Below are positions 61,903-64,000 of a stretch of DNA of 64,000 bases, piece by piece. The position numbers were made by a program, and so were the translations under genes. The notes beneath the pieces were generated by a model. The model ran no database searches. It was not told the origin of the DNA and saw only the letters and a list, made by a program, of their open reading frames with translations. The stretch spans positions 124,001 to 188,000 of the forward strand of contig NIVC01000750.1 of the NCBI GenBank assembly GCA_002269645.1, given 5' to 3'. The stretch comes from Macrostomum lignano (lineage: Eukaryota). Each line of letters begins with the position of its first letter. Within the stretch, counting starts at the first letter, position 1.

Positions 61903-62039
61903 TCTGTCGCCAATGCCAAACTGCTGGACTGCACGGCCGGGGCAGCACTGATCTGGTCTAGTGAGCCTTGGCGGACCTGATTGGGCCTGACTAACAGGAT
62001 TTAAAATCTCTGTCTTTTCGATCCTCTACTTCTCTGCCT

Positions 62040-63075
62040 CCATCTCTTCTCACTCTCTCCCTTCATCTCTTCTCACTCTCTTCCTTCATCCTTTCTTAAA
62101 CTCTCCCTTCATCTCTTCTCACTCTCTTCCTTCATCCCTTCTTAAACTCTCCCTTCATCTCGTCTCACTCTCTTCCTTCATCCCTTCTTAAACTCTCCCT
62201 TCATCTCTTCTCACTCTCTTCCTTCATCCCTTCTTAAACTCTCCCTTCATCTCTTCTCACTCTCTTCCTTCATCTCTTCTCACTCTCTTCCTTCATCCCT
62301 TCTTAAACTCTCCCTTCATCTCGTCTCACTCCCCTCCTTCATCCCTTCTTAACCTCTCCCTTCATCTCTTCTCAATCTCTTCCTTCATCTCTTCTCACTC
62401 TCTTCCTTCATCCCTTCTTAAACTCTCCCTTCATCTCTTCTCACTCTCTTCCTTCATCCCTTCTTAAACTCTCCCTTCATCTCGTCTCACTCTCTTCCTT
62501 CATCCCTTCTTAAACTCTCCCTTCATCTCTTCTCACTCTCTTCCTTCATCTCTTCTCACTCTCTTCCTTCATCCCTTCTTAAACTCTCCCTTCATCTCGT
62601 CTCACTCCCCTCCTTCATCCCTTCTTAACCTCTCCCTTCATCTCTTCTCAATCTCTTCCTTCATCTCTTCTCACTCTCTTCCTTCATCCCTTCTTAAACT
62701 CTCCCTTCATCTCGTCTCACTCTCTTCCTTCATCTCTTCTCACTCTCTTCCTTCATCCCTTCTTAACCTCTCCCTTCATCTCTTCTCACTCTCTTCCTTC
62801 ATCTCTTCTCACTCTCTTCCTTCATCCCTTCTTAACCTCTTCCTTCATCTCGTCTCACTCTCTTCCTTCATCCCTTCTTAAACTCTCCCTTCATCTCTTC
62901 ACGTTCTGTCTCTCACATCTCTTCTTACTCTCTCCCTTCATCTCTTCTGAATCTCTCTCTCTCTTCGTATCTTCTCACTCTCTCCCTGCATTTATTCTCA
63001 TTCTCATTCTCTACCTCCAACTCTTCTCACTCTCTCCCTTCATCGCTTCTCACTCTCTGTCTCCATCTCTTCTCA
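62040..63075. repeat. Polypyrimidine 23-bp two-subunit higher-order repeat
   Basis: cttcatctcttctcactctcttc alternating with cttcatcccttcttaaactctcc. Confidence 0.93.
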
Positions 63076-63384
63076 TCATCTGTATTTCGTTTTGCGAGTG
63101 AACCCACTTTAAGTTTAGCCCAACTAAAGCCCTACTCCTATATAGATATAGCAGTCTTGTCTCGCTGCTTTATTCTTGTAACCTCGGAAACTTGTCAATA
63201 CTCTCAGTTGTTAACATTATTACAAGAAAAAATTCAGCTATACGTGTTGGAACTTTATTGACTTTTTCTGACAATGCACTTAATAAACACGCAGTTTTGA
63301 TTATCAGGAGGTACCAGAATTTCGAAGGAACAACAAATGTTTATAATTTTTCTTCAAACTTAATTCTTTCAACACCCTCAACAC

Positions 63385-64000
63385 CCGCCACACCCTTCCC
63401 AACCGCCACACCCTCCCCAACCGCCACACCCTCCCCAACCACAACACCATCCTCAAAAGCCACACCCTTCCCCAACCGTCACACACTCCCCAACCCCCAC
63501 ACCCTAACCAACCGCCACACCCTCCCCAACCGCCACACCCTCCCGAACAGCCACACCCTCCCCAACCGCGACACCCTCCCCAACTGCCACACCCTCCCGA
63601 ACAGCCACACCCTCCCCAACCGCGACACCCTCCCCAACCGCCACACACTCCCCAACCCCCACACCCTAACCAACCGCCACACCCTCCCCAACTGCCACAC
63701 CCTCCCGAACAGCCACACCCTCCCCAACCGCGACACCCTCCCCAACTGCCACACCCTCCCGAACAGCCACACCCTCCCCAACCGCGACACCCTCCCCAAC
63801 CGCCACACACTCCCCAACCCCCACACCCTAACCAACCGCCACACCCTCCCGAACAGCCACACCCTCCCCAACCGCGACCCACTCCCCAACTGCCACACCC
63901 TCCCGAACAGCCACACCCTCCCCTAACCGCGACACCCTCCCCAACCGCCACACACTCCCCAACCCCCACACCCTCCCCAACTGCCACACCCTCCCCAACT
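63385..64000. repeat. C-rich 18-bp minisatellite (cacaccctccccaaccgc), runs off the window
   Basis: Tandem. Confidence 0.93.

Overview
Eukaryotic (metazoan) genomic DNA with GT-AG introns; the polyQ/polyA-rich exons and minisatellite-packed introns resemble the flatworm Macrostomum (inference). Five host genes were assembled by hand from splice sites and reading phase. (1) A PLC-like/PRIP-type phospholipase C gene (minus, ~20303 to 745, running off the left edge). (2) Head-to-head with it, an LMO7/LIMCH1-like CH+LIM gene (plus, 20637-~32324). (3) An MFRY/MFRFamide neuropeptide precursor (38093-38455). (4) An Msx homeobox gene (minus, 51689-48710). (5) A 173-aa two-exon gene whose C-terminal half resembles only the Hsp70 alpha-helical lid (60857-61902). 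Mobile DNA comprises an intact DD34D mariner with TIRs and TA duplication, a CORE-type SINE, a long-TIR MITE and a degenerate tRNA-like head. About 40 tandem arrays account for most ORFs in the supplied track, which are not credible proteins. The most interesting points are the unusual PLCL active-site pattern (both catalytic His kept, headgroup-binding Arg/Tyr lost), the stand-alone Hsp70-lid protein, the neuropeptide, and sense-strand arrays of splice-site look-alikes. No prokaryotic or CRISPR system is present.
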